NCBI RefSeq assembly: GCF_003991155.1
Contig: NZ_CP031293.1
DNA from: Escherichia coli
GTDB taxonomy: Bacteria > Pseudomonadota > Gammaproteobacteria > Enterobacterales > Enterobacteriaceae
Direction: 5' to 3' (one strand)
DNA length: 64,000 nucleotides
In this document: piece after piece, positions 1 to 9,134 of the stretch
Layout of the letters: each line of letters starts with the position of its first letter
How positions within the stretch are numbered: position 1 is the stretch's first letter
The notes under the pieces: model-generated
What the model was told of the DNA's origin: nothing
The model's input: only the letters and a program-made list of their open reading frames with translations
Database searches by the model: none
Translations under genes and position numbers: made by a program

Positions 1-391
1 ATAACTCAGTGGCCATTTTAATGTTTTTTAAGCCCATCTGGCATTGCCCCATATAATAAACCAAAGAGAAATCGTTATCGGGAGATAGCATTAAACAGAT
101 ATGATACATGTCGAATGCCTTTTGATAATCTTTCTTCAATTGACAGACGGCGGCATATCCTTTTAGATAGTTATAATTTTGGAAATCATAAATACAGAGA
201 AATTTAAAAAAGAGTTCAGCTTCGTCAAGTCTTCCTTTTTCATAAAAGTTATAAGCGTAAGCATAAACGCCTTCAAGGGTATCCGGGGTTATGCCATGCA
301 GCTCTGCAAGTGTTGCTCCCATACCTAATGCACGTTCGAACTTACTGGCAATTTCTTTATTTTCTTCTAAATCCAGATTTGCGCTTTCCAT
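1..391 (-). CDS. Type III secretion class II (TPR) chaperone, SicA/IpgC/LcrH/SycD family. Only the 5' part is present because the gene runs off the window start. Possibly the ETT2-associated EicA.
   Basis: My own minus-strand translation from the ATG at 389-391 reads MESANLDLEENKEIASKFERALGMGATLAELHGITPDTLEGVYAYAYNFYEKGRLDEAELFFKFLCIYDFQNYNYLKGYAAVCQLKKDYQKAF... This follows the SicA pattern GRLDEAE.FF.FLCIYDF...AAVCQLKK. An AAGGAG Shine-Dalgarno lies just upstream. The gene is absent from the ORF track because it has no stop codon inside the window. Confidence 0.75.
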   Translation of the reverse strand, partial: MESANLDLEENKEIASKFERALGMGATLAELHGITPDTLEGVYAYAYNFYEKGRLDEAELFFKFLCIYDFQNYNYLKGYAAVCQLKKDYQKAFDMYHICLMLSPDNDFSLVYYMGQCQMGLKNIKMATEL

Positions 392-692
392 CTCTACTCT
401 CTCCTTTCGAACATTCTTTGTTCAGACTTCACCATTTTTTAGAGGGTGGTGATATCAAAATTCGCTCATTTTTATGTCCATCCGTTGGGCTTCGTTTTCT
501 GCATTAAAAACAAGTATTGTTTCAATGAGATAAGATTTTCTATGTGATGAAATGAAAATAATGTAGAGGGAAATTTATCCACAATCCTGATGAACGGGTT
601 CAATTTTGATTGGAATTTAAAAAAGCAGGTGATTTACTGATGTGCGAGCTTAAGTCAGCGGCTGCTGGCCTGAGCGCGGAGGTGTGCGAAAT

Positions 693-986
693 TCACATAT
701 CCGGGCATTCCACCTTACCCAGCGCTTCCCAGTAGTTATTCTGATTATTACGCTCCATCGCCACAATAGCTTCGCGGATATGTTGTTTGTTACTCTCATC
801 AGACAACATTAATTTTTCCCACGCTTCGTCTGATAATGACGCCTGTGGCGTGCAAATTTTACGTAAATCTTGCAATACCGTGGTTTTCTCTTTTGCCGAC
901 TGTAGCGAGCTGAATGGCGACTCGGCCTGAGAAATGGCTGGAAAAGTCAGGAATACGGTAATCATGAGTAGCATCGTTGGCTTCAT
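693..986 (-). CDS. yicS: YicS, small exported protein (97 aa)
   Basis: The internal start MKPTMLLMITVFLTFPAISQAESPF... gives a signal peptide and the 97-aa length of K-12 YicS. The upstream extension in the ORF track is probably not translated. Confidence 0.85.
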   Translation of the reverse strand: MKPTMLLMITVFLTFPAISQAESPFSSLQSAKEKTTVLQDLRKICTPQASLSDEAWEKLMLSDESNKQHIREAIVAMERNNQNNYWEALGKVECPDM

Positions 987-1194
987 AGCGGCAACCTTCT
1001 GCAAATGTGCATCGAATGAAGCATAAGTGTAGTTTGCTTTTACCGCTCTCATCATGCTGTACGAAAGGTGTTTGCGTGGTCAGTAAGAAGTGCCAGTTTT
1101 TTATACCTTTTTCTTCTATTCGATAGCTTTTCGTTTTTTAAATCGTAGTGATCTTGCCATTATAGTCAGTTAATGATTAAAAAAAGGATAAAAA

Positions 1195-2013
1195 ATGAAA
1201 CTGACAACACATCATCTACGGGCGGGGGCCGCATTATTGCTGGCAGGAATTCTGCTGGCAGGTTGCGACCAGAGTAGCAGCGATGCAAAACACATTAAAG
1301 TTGGCGTTATAAATGGCGCAGAACAAGATGTCGCGGAAGTCGCTAAAAAGGTGGCAAAAGAGAAATATGGCCTCGATGTTGAACTGGTAGGATTTAGCGG
1401 TTCGTTGCTACCGAACGATGCGACAAATCATGGCGAGCTTGATGCGAACGTCTTCCAGCATCGGCCCTTTCTTGAACAAGATAATCAGGCGCATGGTTAT
1501 AAACTGGTAGCGGTGGGAAATACGTTTGTCTTCCCTATGGCGGGTTATTCCAAAAAAATCAAAACCGTGGCGCAAATAAAAGAAGGCGCGACAGTGGCGA
1601 TCCCCAACGACCCGACCAACCTTGGTCGCGCGCTTTTACTGTTGCAAAAAGAGAAGCTAATTACTCTGAAAGAGGGAAAAGGGTTATTACCTACCGCACT
1701 GGATATAACCGATAATCCTCGTCATTTGCAGATTATGGAACTCGAGGGGGCGCAGCTCCCGCGCGTACTGGATGATCCCAAAGTTGATGTGGCGATTATC
1801 AGCACCACTTACATTCAGCAGACCGGACTTTCTCCGGTGCACGACAGCGTATTTATTGAAGATAAAAATTCGCCGTATGTGAACATTCTGGTAGCACGGG
1901 AAGATAATAAGAATGCAGAAAACGTGAAGGAATTTCTGCAATCTTATCAATCATCCGAAGTCGCTAAAGCGGCAGAAACCATCTTTAACGGTGGCGCGGT
2001 GCCTGGCTGGTAA
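1195..2013 (+). CDS. nlpA: Lipoprotein-28 NlpA (methionine-binding lipoprotein family)
   Basis: 272 aa with the lipobox LLAGC at residues 20-24. It reads full-length like K-12 NlpA/MetQ-family proteins. Confidence 0.95.
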   Translation: MKLTTHHLRAGAALLLAGILLAGCDQSSSDAKHIKVGVINGAEQDVAEVAKKVAKEKYGLDVELVGFSGSLLPNDATNHGELDANVFQHRPFLEQDNQAHGYKLVAVGNTFVFPMAGYSKKIKTVAQIKEGATVAIPNDPTNLGRALLLLQKEKLITLKEGKGLLPTALDITDNPRHLQIMELEGAQLPRVLDDPKVDVAIISTTYIQQTGLSPVHDSVFIEDKNSPYVNILVAREDNKNAENVKEFLQSYQSSEVAKAAETIFNGGAVPGW

Positions 2014-2016
2014 TTC

Positions 2017-2940
2017 TCACTCATCCCGCGCCGGACGATTTATTTTTCTGGCGCGGCGACGGGAATCCATTGAAATCAAAATCACTGATGACAGAATCAG
2101 AAGCGTTCCCAGCCAGTCCGGTAATGTGAATGTGATCCCCAGCAACAGCAAAGAGAGCAGCGCGCTACTTAATGGTTCTGCACAGCTCAAAATGCTGGCT
2201 TTTGGACCGCCAATTAATTGTGCTCCTTTCAGGTACAGACTAAATGTCAGGGACGTACCAATGACCACCAAATAAAAAAACGCCAGAATCAAACTGCCGT
2301 TAACGACAAAGTTTGTCCCTTGTCTGGCATAAAAAGGCAACAGAATCAGACCGCCGATCAGCATACTCCAGCCGACGACAGGCAACGTGCCATAGCGGGC
2401 AATTAGCGTTGAGGGATAGGTGGTATAGAATGCCGCAGCAAATGCCGAGGCAATGCCCCAGAATAACGCGGCAGGAGAGATCGATAATGACGTCGGATTA
2501 CCGTGTGTCACCAGTAAAAAAGTCCCGACCAGCGATGTCAAAATAGCGCAAAAAACCAGAATGCCCGGGCGCGATTTACGTACCAGTGAGAACCAGGCGA
2601 CGATAATCGTCGGTGAGAGGAATTGCAGCACCGTTGCCGTGGCTGCGTTCGATTTTTCGATGGTTAGCAAAAAAGTGAGCTGTACGGTTAGCGCGCCAAC
2701 CACGGAAAAAATCAGCAGACTAATGGCATCTTTGTGATTGTTAATAATAGAAAAGATTTTATCGCCATGAACAAATGACAGCGTCAGCAGAATCAAACCG
2801 GCGAATATCAAACGCGTCATAGTCAAAAACTGCGACGACATCTGGCTTTGCTCCATGATGTATTGCGCGCAGACCCCTGAACTTCCCCACAACACGGCGG
2901 CAATCAGAACGTTCAGCATCCCCTTTCTGGTGGAACCCAT
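2017..2940 (-). CDS. yicL: EamA/DMT-family inner membrane transporter YicL
   Basis: 307 aa, polytopic and hydrophobic, with two EamA-like halves. It sits between nlpA and setC as in K-12. Confidence 0.9.
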
Positions 2941-3050
2941 TTTTCCCTCTGCATACTGTTTTGTCGTTTATGTATGCAGGCATGATAGCAAAAATGGCGA
3001 GGATGGCTCTGTTTGCGCCACGCCGATTTTTCTTAGCCCAGACTGGTGAG

Positions 3051-4235
3051 CTAAATATCTTTAATAAACAGCAGGCAAATCATCGCAATACCCAACATCC
3101 CTATCGCCAGCCAGAACAACGCGTGGTAGCTCCAGATTTCAACCATAATTCCGTCAACAGAGCCGGCGATAATCCAGCCGACGCGTGAGGTATTTGCATA
3201 TAACGTTGTCGCAGAGCCTATTTTTTCAGGCATCAGATCCTGAAAATAAAGCATGCCGATACCACAGAGAATACCAAGGAAGATGGCATTAAGAATTTGC
3301 AATTCCAGCTCAACTGCCGGAGTCGTCGCCATGAGTACGCTGGCGTAAAAACACATTCCACTCACGATAGCAATGAGCATTAATAGCCGCTTGCCAATAC
3401 GTTTCATGTAATAGCCTGCGATTAACATCATCGGAATTTCCAGACCGGCAGCGATACCAATCATTTCTCCAGCCAGTTTATCGGTTAGATGCAGTTCATC
3501 AATAATAAATAGCGGCATATTTATCATGTAGAGATTATTCGCCGCCCACATCATTGAACAGACCACAAAAAGTAGCCGCGTATCCCGCTTCCTGTGGGTG
3601 GAGGGTAAAATTTCTATGGGTTGGGTAACGACAGGAATATTTCTTTGTATTGATGGCAAAAACAACCAGACTATCAGTCCGCAAACAACAAATGCGATGG
3701 CAGCGGTGAGATACATCACTTTAAAACTAAATCCCATTGCCAGTTCATAAGCGAGCGGTGGCCCGATAACCCAGGCAAGCGAGATCTGAGCACGTAAAAA
3801 TGTACTGAACATGACCGTCTCACGGCCTGTTCTGTCGGCGTGTTCACGGGCGAGGGCGAACATTTGCGGGTTTGCAGTGGAAGCAAAACTACTCAGAAGT
3901 ACGCCCGTTGAGAGGAGAATGAAGTAGTTGCGATTCCACGCAAAAAGCGTGCAGGCCAGCACTCCAAATAAGCAACATAGCAGGATCAGTAATTTACGGT
4001 CGCCTTGTTTATCGGAGTGCCTTGCCAGAAATTGACTGACCAGAATTCCCATAATAGCGCTACCGGTGAAGAAAAAACCTACCATTATAGGACGGGCTTT
4101 CAGTTCATCTGCGAGGAATATACTTAGGGTGGGAGTCTGGAGAGCGCCCGCAATACCCGTCAGAAAGGCGACAAGTAAAAATGCCGCGGCAGTGAGATCA
4201 AGTATTTTTGATGGAGTAGTAGCCGTTTTTTGCAT
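3051..4235 (-). CDS. setC: Sugar efflux transporter SetC (MFS)
   Basis: 394 aa starting MQKTATTPSKILDLTAAAFLLVAFLTGIAGALQTPTLSIFLADELKARP, matching SetC/YicK as I recall it. 12-TM MFS architecture. Confidence 0.9.
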   Translation of the reverse strand: MQKTATTPSKILDLTAAAFLLVAFLTGIAGALQTPTLSIFLADELKARPIMVGFFFTGSAIMGILVSQFLARHSDKQGDRKLLILLCCLFGVLACTLFAWNRNYFILLSTGVLLSSFASTANPQMFALAREHADRTGRETVMFSTFLRAQISLAWVIGPPLAYELAMGFSFKVMYLTAAIAFVVCGLIVWLFLPSIQRNIPVVTQPIEILPSTHRKRDTRLLFVVCSMMWAANNLYMINMPLFIIDELHLTDKLAGEMIGIAAGLEIPMMLIAGYYMKRIGKRLLMLIAIVSGMCFYASVLMATTPAVELELQILNAIFLGILCGIGMLYFQDLMPEKIGSATTLYANTSRVGWIIAGSVDGIMVEIWSYHALFWLAIGMLGIAMICLLFIKDI

Positions 4236-4628
4236 TCTTCTGAATCACCGGGCGACAAAATATAACTGAGTTACAAATAAGTACCAGTCGAATGAGTATT
4301 GTATTAAGAATTTTTGAGTATCGCTGATACAACCAGAAAGCAATGCTAGCGCAATATTATAGGGCCAGCAATTGAGATTATTAGCAAAAGCATGTTAAGA
4401 GTTAATCACCGAATTTATATATTAATTATAGTAAGACAATGAGCTATTTTTGATAGTAAAAATAAAACAAATTTATTTGATATATTAAATGAACAAATTA
4501 ATCTTGATGGCAGTCTGATTATTGGTGAAGTTTACAGGTCAGTTTTTTTCGCCAGCGGTTAAAGGAATAGAATCGTCGTATAAAAAAAGGGTGTTCTGGG
4601 GCGTGTAAAACAACATCTTCACCTTAAT

Positions 4629-4810
4629 GGCGATACAGTTGGCTGAGAGTCAGCAGGGGGGCAAATCACCTGCAAATAAACACGGCGCATGCTGGCGCGA
4701 ATATCGCGGATGCGTTCGAGGACAGAAGAACCGACAGGCGGATTCTTCAGCCGCTCATCGTCCATCACAAAACCTTTGACCAGGTATTCCTGAAGCCGAT
4801 TGAATATTGA
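4629..4810 (-). pseudogene. Fragment of a RhuM-family (virulence-associated) gene
   Basis: The minus-strand translation ...RLQEYLVKGFVMDDERLKNPPVGSSVLERIRDIRASMRRVYLQVI... resembles the conserved RhuM core (EYLVKGF.MDDERLKNP...ERIR.IR.SE). There is no start codon, no full-length frame, and an internal gap. Confidence 0.5.
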
Positions 4811-4873
4811 GCAGTAGAAAATATCTGGATTGACAGTATTACAAGGGATTGGAGAACGTCAGAAGAGGCATTT

Positions 4874-4897
4874 TGGCGGAAGATCACAGGAGTCGAA
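4874..4897. repeat. Distal att direct repeat: a 24-bp copy of the selC 3' end
   Basis: tggcggaagatcacaggagtcgaa at 4874-4897 is identical to 50000-50023, the 3' end of intact selC on the minus strand. Imperfect similarity continues for ~15 nt on the low-coordinate side (tcagaagagg at 4859-4868 and 49985-49994). Confidence 0.9.
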
Positions 4898-4949
4898 TAT
4901 GAGAGTTAATGTTTTGATTTTAAATGATTAATACGTGTTGGATAAATGA

Positions 4950-4970
4950 GTAACCCCCATAAGAACCCCC
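4950..4970 (+). repeat. Paired ACCCCC motifs (candidate arm-type recombinase sites), distal island end
   Basis: gtaaccccc and agaaccccc lie 12 bp apart and are followed by aaa. The matching pair gtaccccc/gtaccccc lies 12 bp apart at 49867-49886 in the same orientation. Confidence 0.4.
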
Positions 4971-5032
4971 AAATGACTTTGCGTAAGGGAATGAGGCTAA
5001 AATACACAATCGAATCAATTCTTAGAGCTTTA

Positions 5033-5878
5033 TTATGAAGGTAACACTCCCGGATAGTGTTTCGCAATAATCTCATTAAGTCTGTCAACCAGTTCTGGTT
5101 TCCTGAACGTGATGTGCGCGGAGCCCTTCTTAAAGTATCTGATGCTGAACATCTCATCTTCATAGTCCTCTTTACCCTGAACTGAGTGGATGTGATCATC
5201 CAGACGAATAGTGATGTTTTCCCGGTTGTCGGGGATCGGTTTGCCGCTGAACAGGTGTAGCATTCTTTCCAGATCGGCAAGTCGATCTGCCTGTTGCCCG
5301 GTGATAAGATGAAACCCCCACCGGTCCCACCTCACCAGGTTGTTGACGATAATTTTACTGCCAAATTTACAGGGCGAGTTGGTTTTGTAATCCCAGCCCA
5401 GTCCTCTGAAAACGTTGATCACCCCTCGCTCAAACACCTCATCCTTATTCTGGTGCAGTTGTTCAAATGTGCTCAGAATGTTCGCTTCATTGATTTTCGG
5501 AAAATTATCATATTCCAGTGACCGGTACCATGTATCACGGGCCTGTGCATCCATTAAGGAAAGCATCCCTGAACGTTGCATCAAGTTTCGCCAGATTTCA
5601 CGGTCAAGGTTCCGGGTGATGGCTTTCATTGCGGTTTCCGGTTTTTCCATCAGCCAGCAACCGCAGCGAAAATCCTGTTTCATCGCCCAGTCCAGGGCGG
5701 TTTTACCTCCAATACTTTCTGTCAGTACTGAGATTTCTGCCAGTTGCCGGATAAGTGTGTCGATTTGCAGCAGCGCACTCTTTCGTACAGCCAGAATGTG
5801 GCGGATACTGGTTGAGCAGATAACGTCCGTATGCCCGTTGACCAGTTCCGGGCGGGAGATTGTGATATCTGACATCAT
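5033..5878 (-). CDS. Conserved CP4-type island protein (DUF4942-like, methyltransferase-like) found downstream of CbtA-type toxin modules
   Basis: 281-aa ORF at the island terminus. I recognise the sequence family from cbtA-containing prophage remnants. The DUF number is from memory. Confidence 0.6.
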   Translation of the reverse strand: MMSDITISRPELVNGHTDVICSTSIRHILAVRKSALLQIDTLIRQLAEISVLTESIGGKTALDWAMKQDFRCGCWLMEKPETAMKAITRNLDREIWRNLMQRSGMLSLMDAQARDTWYRSLEYDNFPKINEANILSTFEQLHQNKDEVFERGVINVFRGLGWDYKTNSPCKFGSKIIVNNLVRWDRWGFHLITGQQADRLADLERMLHLFSGKPIPDNRENITIRLDDHIHSVQGKEDYEDEMFSIRYFKKGSAHITFRKPELVDRLNEIIAKHYPGVLPS

Positions 5879-5900
5879 CGTTTTTCCTTTTGGTTTATAA

Positions 5901-5930
5901 ACGAAAACGCCAGCCCTGTTCAGGCTGGCG
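5901..5930 (-). terminator. Rho-independent terminator
   Basis: On the minus strand, the stem cgccagcc/ggctggcg with a 7-nt loop is followed by TTTTCGTTT. It lies between the stop at 5960 and the next start at 5878. Confidence 0.7.
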
Positions 5931-5959
5931 TCAGTGGAATGAAGTCTGGTGAGTGAGAT

Positions 5960-6157
5960 TCACCGGTTCTGGTGCAGAAGCTGCAGTTGGCGCAGGGTAT
6001 GGATATCCTCCCTCGCCTGTTCAATACAGGACAACAGTGCTGCCGAATCCGTTTTATCCTCATTGTTGTCAAAGATAATTCCGGATTCGCAGTCGATATT
6101 GTCCTGCAGCCACGCAATCAGAATATCCAGTGCGGTTTCCGTGGTTAATGATTTCAT
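5960..6157 (-). CDS. Small conserved island protein (65 aa, DUF957-like)
   Basis: Start MKSLTTETALDILIAWLQDNIDCESGIIFDNNEDKTDSAALL... is preceded by an AGGAG Shine-Dalgarno. I trimmed the ORF-track start to this ATG. Confidence 0.6.
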   Translation of the reverse strand: MKSLTTETALDILIAWLQDNIDCESGIIFDNNEDKTDSAALLSCIEQAREDIHTLRQLQLLHQNR

Positions 6158-6168
6158 GTTGCTCCTGG

Positions 6169-6657
6169 TTACCAGTTGAAAGTGGGTAAACCCGGCAGGC
6201 ATTCAGCGCTGGCATCCAGATGAATGAGACTGACGCCATAACGTCGGGTAAGTGTGATAACCAGACGACGGAACGTTTTTGACAGCCCCAGGCGTTTAAG
6301 CCGCAGAACCGGATATGACCACGCATCGGTACGTAACAGATATCCGCTACCTGTGAAATGAATCCATTCTGATTCACCGAAGTCACTGGTCTGGTGTGAC
6401 AGCGAGTACAGCCAGGCGTTGTCCGTTTCCGTGATATGTGCGGTACTGCAGCGTATACCGGTCAGGGCAGCAAATGGTGGCATGCAGTCTGTTGAGGCCC
6501 GGTCAGATGCATCAACAACACGAAGGGAGTGGCCATTATCACAGACCACGTTAATCAGTTCAGCGAGATTAACACCATCGACGTCAACGACAATGCGTCC
6601 CATGTTCAGTGCCTGCACGTTAATGCTGTCGGCTTCCAGCGTCAGGGCCAGTTTCAT
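6169..6657 (-). CDS. Conserved 162-aa protein translationally coupled to the CbtA-type toxin gene (YeeW-like)
   Basis: Its ATG at 6655-6657 overlaps the toxin gene's TGA (6654-6656) in an ATGA arrangement. I recognise no catalytic motif. Confidence 0.6.
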   Translation of the reverse strand: MKLALTLEADSINVQALNMGRIVVDVDGVNLAELINVVCDNGHSLRVVDASDRASTDCMPPFAALTGIRCSTAHITETDNAWLYSLSHQTSDFGESEWIHFTGSGYLLRTDAWSYPVLRLKRLGLSKTFRRLVITLTRRYGVSLIHLDASAECLPGLPTFNW

Positions 6658-7031
6658 TGTTTCGCCTCCGGATGTTTCCCCTGGGTAATGTTATTTACCG
6701 TTCTGTAGTTATCGCGGGTCATCAGGCCGGTTGCCCTGCGAGCCCGGAGAATATCAATACTGTTTATTAACTGAGAGCGGGTACAGGCGCTGAATCCCGG
6801 CTGGTCGGTACGTATCAGTGCGTATTTTTCAACGAGAAAGTTCACCGCATCACACAGTGAAATGCCAGCTTCAATATGCTGCTCAATCACACGTTCATCG
6901 GCGAACGGTGTGTCATTCAGTGTGAGGCCATAGTGCTGGTCCAGCAACCGGGACAGCAGTGTCTGCCAGATGGTGACGGGAGACGGGCAGCGAGATACCT
7001 CCCGTACATGTGTGTCGGATAATGTTTTCAT
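6654..7031 (-). CDS. CbtA/YeeV/YkfI/YpjF-family type IV toxin
   Basis: 125 aa containing ...[65 protein letters not shown]..., which is typical of CbtA-family toxins. Confidence 0.9.
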   Translation of the reverse strand: MKTLSDTHVREVSRCPSPVTIWQTLLSRLLDQHYGLTLNDTPFADERVIEQHIEAGISLCDAVNFLVEKYALIRTDQPGFSACTRSQLINSIDILRARRATGLMTRDNYRTVNNITQGKHPEAKQ

Positions 7032-7077
7032 CTTAAGTTCTCTGTAACTGGTAGTGCTAAAGGTGAGAGCTTCGGGG

Positions 7078-7452
7078 TTATGAGGTGGTTGCGGGTGCTG
7101 GTGTCGGATAAACAGTCAGATAAACGTAACCACAGGAGCCGAGGGTGTCGGCTTCGCAGGTCAGCCCTTTTGCATACAGCGTGACGGTATGCTGATGTCG
7201 GGGATTCAGTTCACCGCTGGTGAGCATGAGTTCCAGTTGTTTCATCAGCAGCGGAAAGGCCTGGTCCAGATGGTATGCATCTGCGTCGCTGAAGCGGCCT
7301 CTGATACCCGCGCGGTCGGCAAGGTAATGCAGGTGGTTACCCTCCTGCACCAGACGGGCGCCAAAACAGGGCCTCACTGTGCAGGGAAGCCCCCACCAGG
7401 GGCGGTCGTGATTGTCGTCGGGATGAGTTATCCCGGAGAGTTTGTCTGACAC
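7078..7452 (-). CDS. CbeA/YeeU/YafW/YfjZ-family antitoxin
   Basis: 124 aa reading ...[71 protein letters not shown]... It lies immediately upstream of the toxin. Confidence 0.9.
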   Translation of the reverse strand: MSDKLSGITHPDDNHDRPWWGLPCTVRPCFGARLVQEGNHLHYLADRAGIRGRFSDADAYHLDQAFPLLMKQLELMLTSGELNPRHQHTVTLYAKGLTCEADTLGSCGYVYLTVYPTPAPATTS

Positions 7453-7501
7453 GATAAAATCCTCTCTGAAAAGTGGTTAAGAATGGTTTAACGATGACAG
7501 G

Positions 7502-7615
7502 TCAGCCGGCGCGCTGACCGGTTTCGGTGAAGATGTATGCATTGATGAGAATGGCCTCATCCACAGCGGCGTCTGAGGTCATCTGGTCGTACTCGTTTCC
7601 CGGGTGACGGAACAT
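7502..7615 (-). CDS. Possible 37-aa ORF coupled to the YeeT-like gene
   Basis: The ATG overlaps the upstream TGA (TGATG). The product is MFRHPGNEYDQMTSDAAVDEAILINAYIFTETGQRAG. It is below the ORF-track size cut-off, and I do not recognise a homologue. Confidence 0.3.
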   Translation of the reverse strand: MFRHPGNEYDQMTSDAAVDEAILINAYIFTETGQRAG

Positions 7616-7836
7616 CAGTTCAGGGTGACACTCATCAGCCGGACATACGGGCCAAAACTGTCCTTACGGCGTTCTGCAAACACAGCCAGCACACCGGGAA
7701 TATCCTGCACTTCACGACCGGTATACGCTTCAGTGCCACCGTGCCAGCGGTACTTACCTGTGCAGAACGGAAAAAGACGGGATGCAGGATGCTGTTGGTG
7801 AATACGCATGGCTTCACCACGGGTGATGATTCTCAT
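7615..7836 (-). CDS. YeeT/YkfH/YpjJ-family protein (DUF987)
   Basis: 73 aa reading MRIITRGEAMRIHQQHPASRLFPFCTGKYRWHGGTEAYTGREVQDIPGVLAVFAERRKDSFGPYVRLMSVTLN, nearly the K-12 YeeT sequence as I recall it. Confidence 0.85.
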   Translation of the reverse strand: MRIITRGEAMRIHQQHPASRLFPFCTGKYRWHGGTEAYTGREVQDIPGVLAVFAERRKDSFGPYVRLMSVTLN

Positions 7837-7898
7837 GATGTGATACCTCTGAAGACAGAAGATAAAAGTGAAAACAGGTGTGATGTGGTTGTGACGGG

Positions 7899-8375
7899 TT
7901 AAAGCAGACCATGTTCGGCAAAGGAGAATACCTGGCTGCCACCGACTATCAGATGGTCCGGCACCCGGATATCCACCAGGGCCAGCGCCTGAACCAGACG
8001 TTCCGTAATAAGCCGGTCTGCCTTACTGGGTGTGACTTCACCGGACGGATGATTGTGCGCCAGCACCACGGCAGCGGCATTGTGGTACAGGGCGCGTTTA
8101 ATCACCTCCCGGGGATGAACTTCCGTGCGGTTGATGGTGCCGGTGAAGAGGGTTTCACCGGCAATCAGCTGATTCTGGTTGTTCAGATACAGCACCCGGA
8201 ACTCTTCACGCTCCAGTCCCGCCATGTTCAGAATCAGCCATTCTCGTGCCGCACGGGTGGAGGTGAAGGCCACGCCGGGTTCATGAAGATGGCGGTCCAG
8301 GGTTTTCAGGGCCCGTTGAATGAGGCTGCGCTCACCGGGCGTCATTTCTCCGGGCAGAAAGGAAATCTGTTGCAT
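7899..8375 (-). CDS. RadC-like JAB-domain protein (YeeS/YkfG/YfjY family)
   Basis: 158 aa with the JAMM-like motif HNHPSG...S..D. Confidence 0.9.
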   Translation of the reverse strand: MQQISFLPGEMTPGERSLIQRALKTLDRHLHEPGVAFTSTRAAREWLILNMAGLEREEFRVLYLNNQNQLIAGETLFTGTINRTEVHPREVIKRALYHNAAAVVLAHNHPSGEVTPSKADRLITERLVQALALVDIRVPDHLIVGGSQVFSFAEHGLL

Positions 8376-8389
8376 TGTTCCGGCCCCTT

Positions 8390-8869
8390 TCAGTCAATGA
8401 TGCGCATAATGGCGCTGCATTCCGGATGCTGCAGGGCGTAATCCCGCAGCCGGTAATAATGGACCGTCATGGCATAACATTCCGTACGACAGGCATGATG
8501 GCTGTACGTCATCAGACAGGCGGCAATACCGGCAGCTTCCGGACTCATTTCAGCGCGGTTACCGTTCATGGCATTGAACAGTACCCATGTTTCGTCATCA
8601 TCGTCATCCGGTTCAGGTGCCATAAATGCGCCACCGTTGTTCAGGGTGTACAGATTCCAGATGCCCCCGCAGTAGTCTTCGCACAGACGGTCCATCCAGC
8701 CGAAGACACGGGGCTCCAGGGTCACCCACTGTGGAATGAGGCCAAAATGCTGCGGCCAGAAGCTGATACGTTGTTCATCAGGGACGGGAGTAGCAACCAG
8801 TTGGGGCTGGTTATTCCCTGGTGCTGTGGCTGAAGAAAGAGCAGTTGTGTTCTGAGAAACGATTTTCAT
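8390..8869 (-). CDS. Antirestriction protein (YfjX/YafX/KlcA-ArdB-like family)
   Basis: The start is trimmed to MKIVSQNTTALSS... An acidic stretch PEPDDDDDETW is present, and the position between the RadC and DUF932 genes is conserved. Confidence 0.8.
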   Translation of the reverse strand: MKIVSQNTTALSSATAPGNNQPQLVATPVPDEQRISFWPQHFGLIPQWVTLEPRVFGWMDRLCEDYCGGIWNLYTLNNGGAFMAPEPDDDDDETWVLFNAMNGNRAEMSPEAAGIAACLMTYSHHACRTECYAMTVHYYRLRDYALQHPECSAIMRIID

Positions 8870-9134
8870 GAGTGAAATCCTTACAATGTGTATAAATGAG
8901 AGGAAATAAAGGCCGGGGGCTGACAACATCACGTTCATCACTGACCGTGAGACCCGGCAATATCAGGGATGAATGATATTCGGCTGAAATTCCGGACAGC
9001 CGTACGCGTAACCGTTCCGGTCACAGACGGATGGCCAGAAGATGCCATTGCCTGTACTCAGTCTGCACAGACTGAGTTCTCCGGGGCGTCGGGTGATTCT
9101 GGTGCCTGAATCACGCCTTCAGGGACAGATTGCA

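Noticed and set aside
310-507. A 65-aa plus-strand ORF at the window start.
   Set aside because: It is antisense to the much better supported SicA-family chaperone reading frame.
4283-4297. ccagtcgaatgag resembles the inner edge of the att repeat (ggagtcgaatatgag), and could be a third, older att remnant bounding the RhuM scar.
   Set aside because: Only 8-11 nt match and the tRNA-derived part is not recognisable. This could easily be chance, so I note it as something to test and do not call it.
4906-5280. A 124-aa minus-strand ORF at the island edge.
   Set aside because: It overlaps the 3' end of the 281-aa DUF4942-like gene in another frame and runs through the arm-repeat region. It has no independent support.
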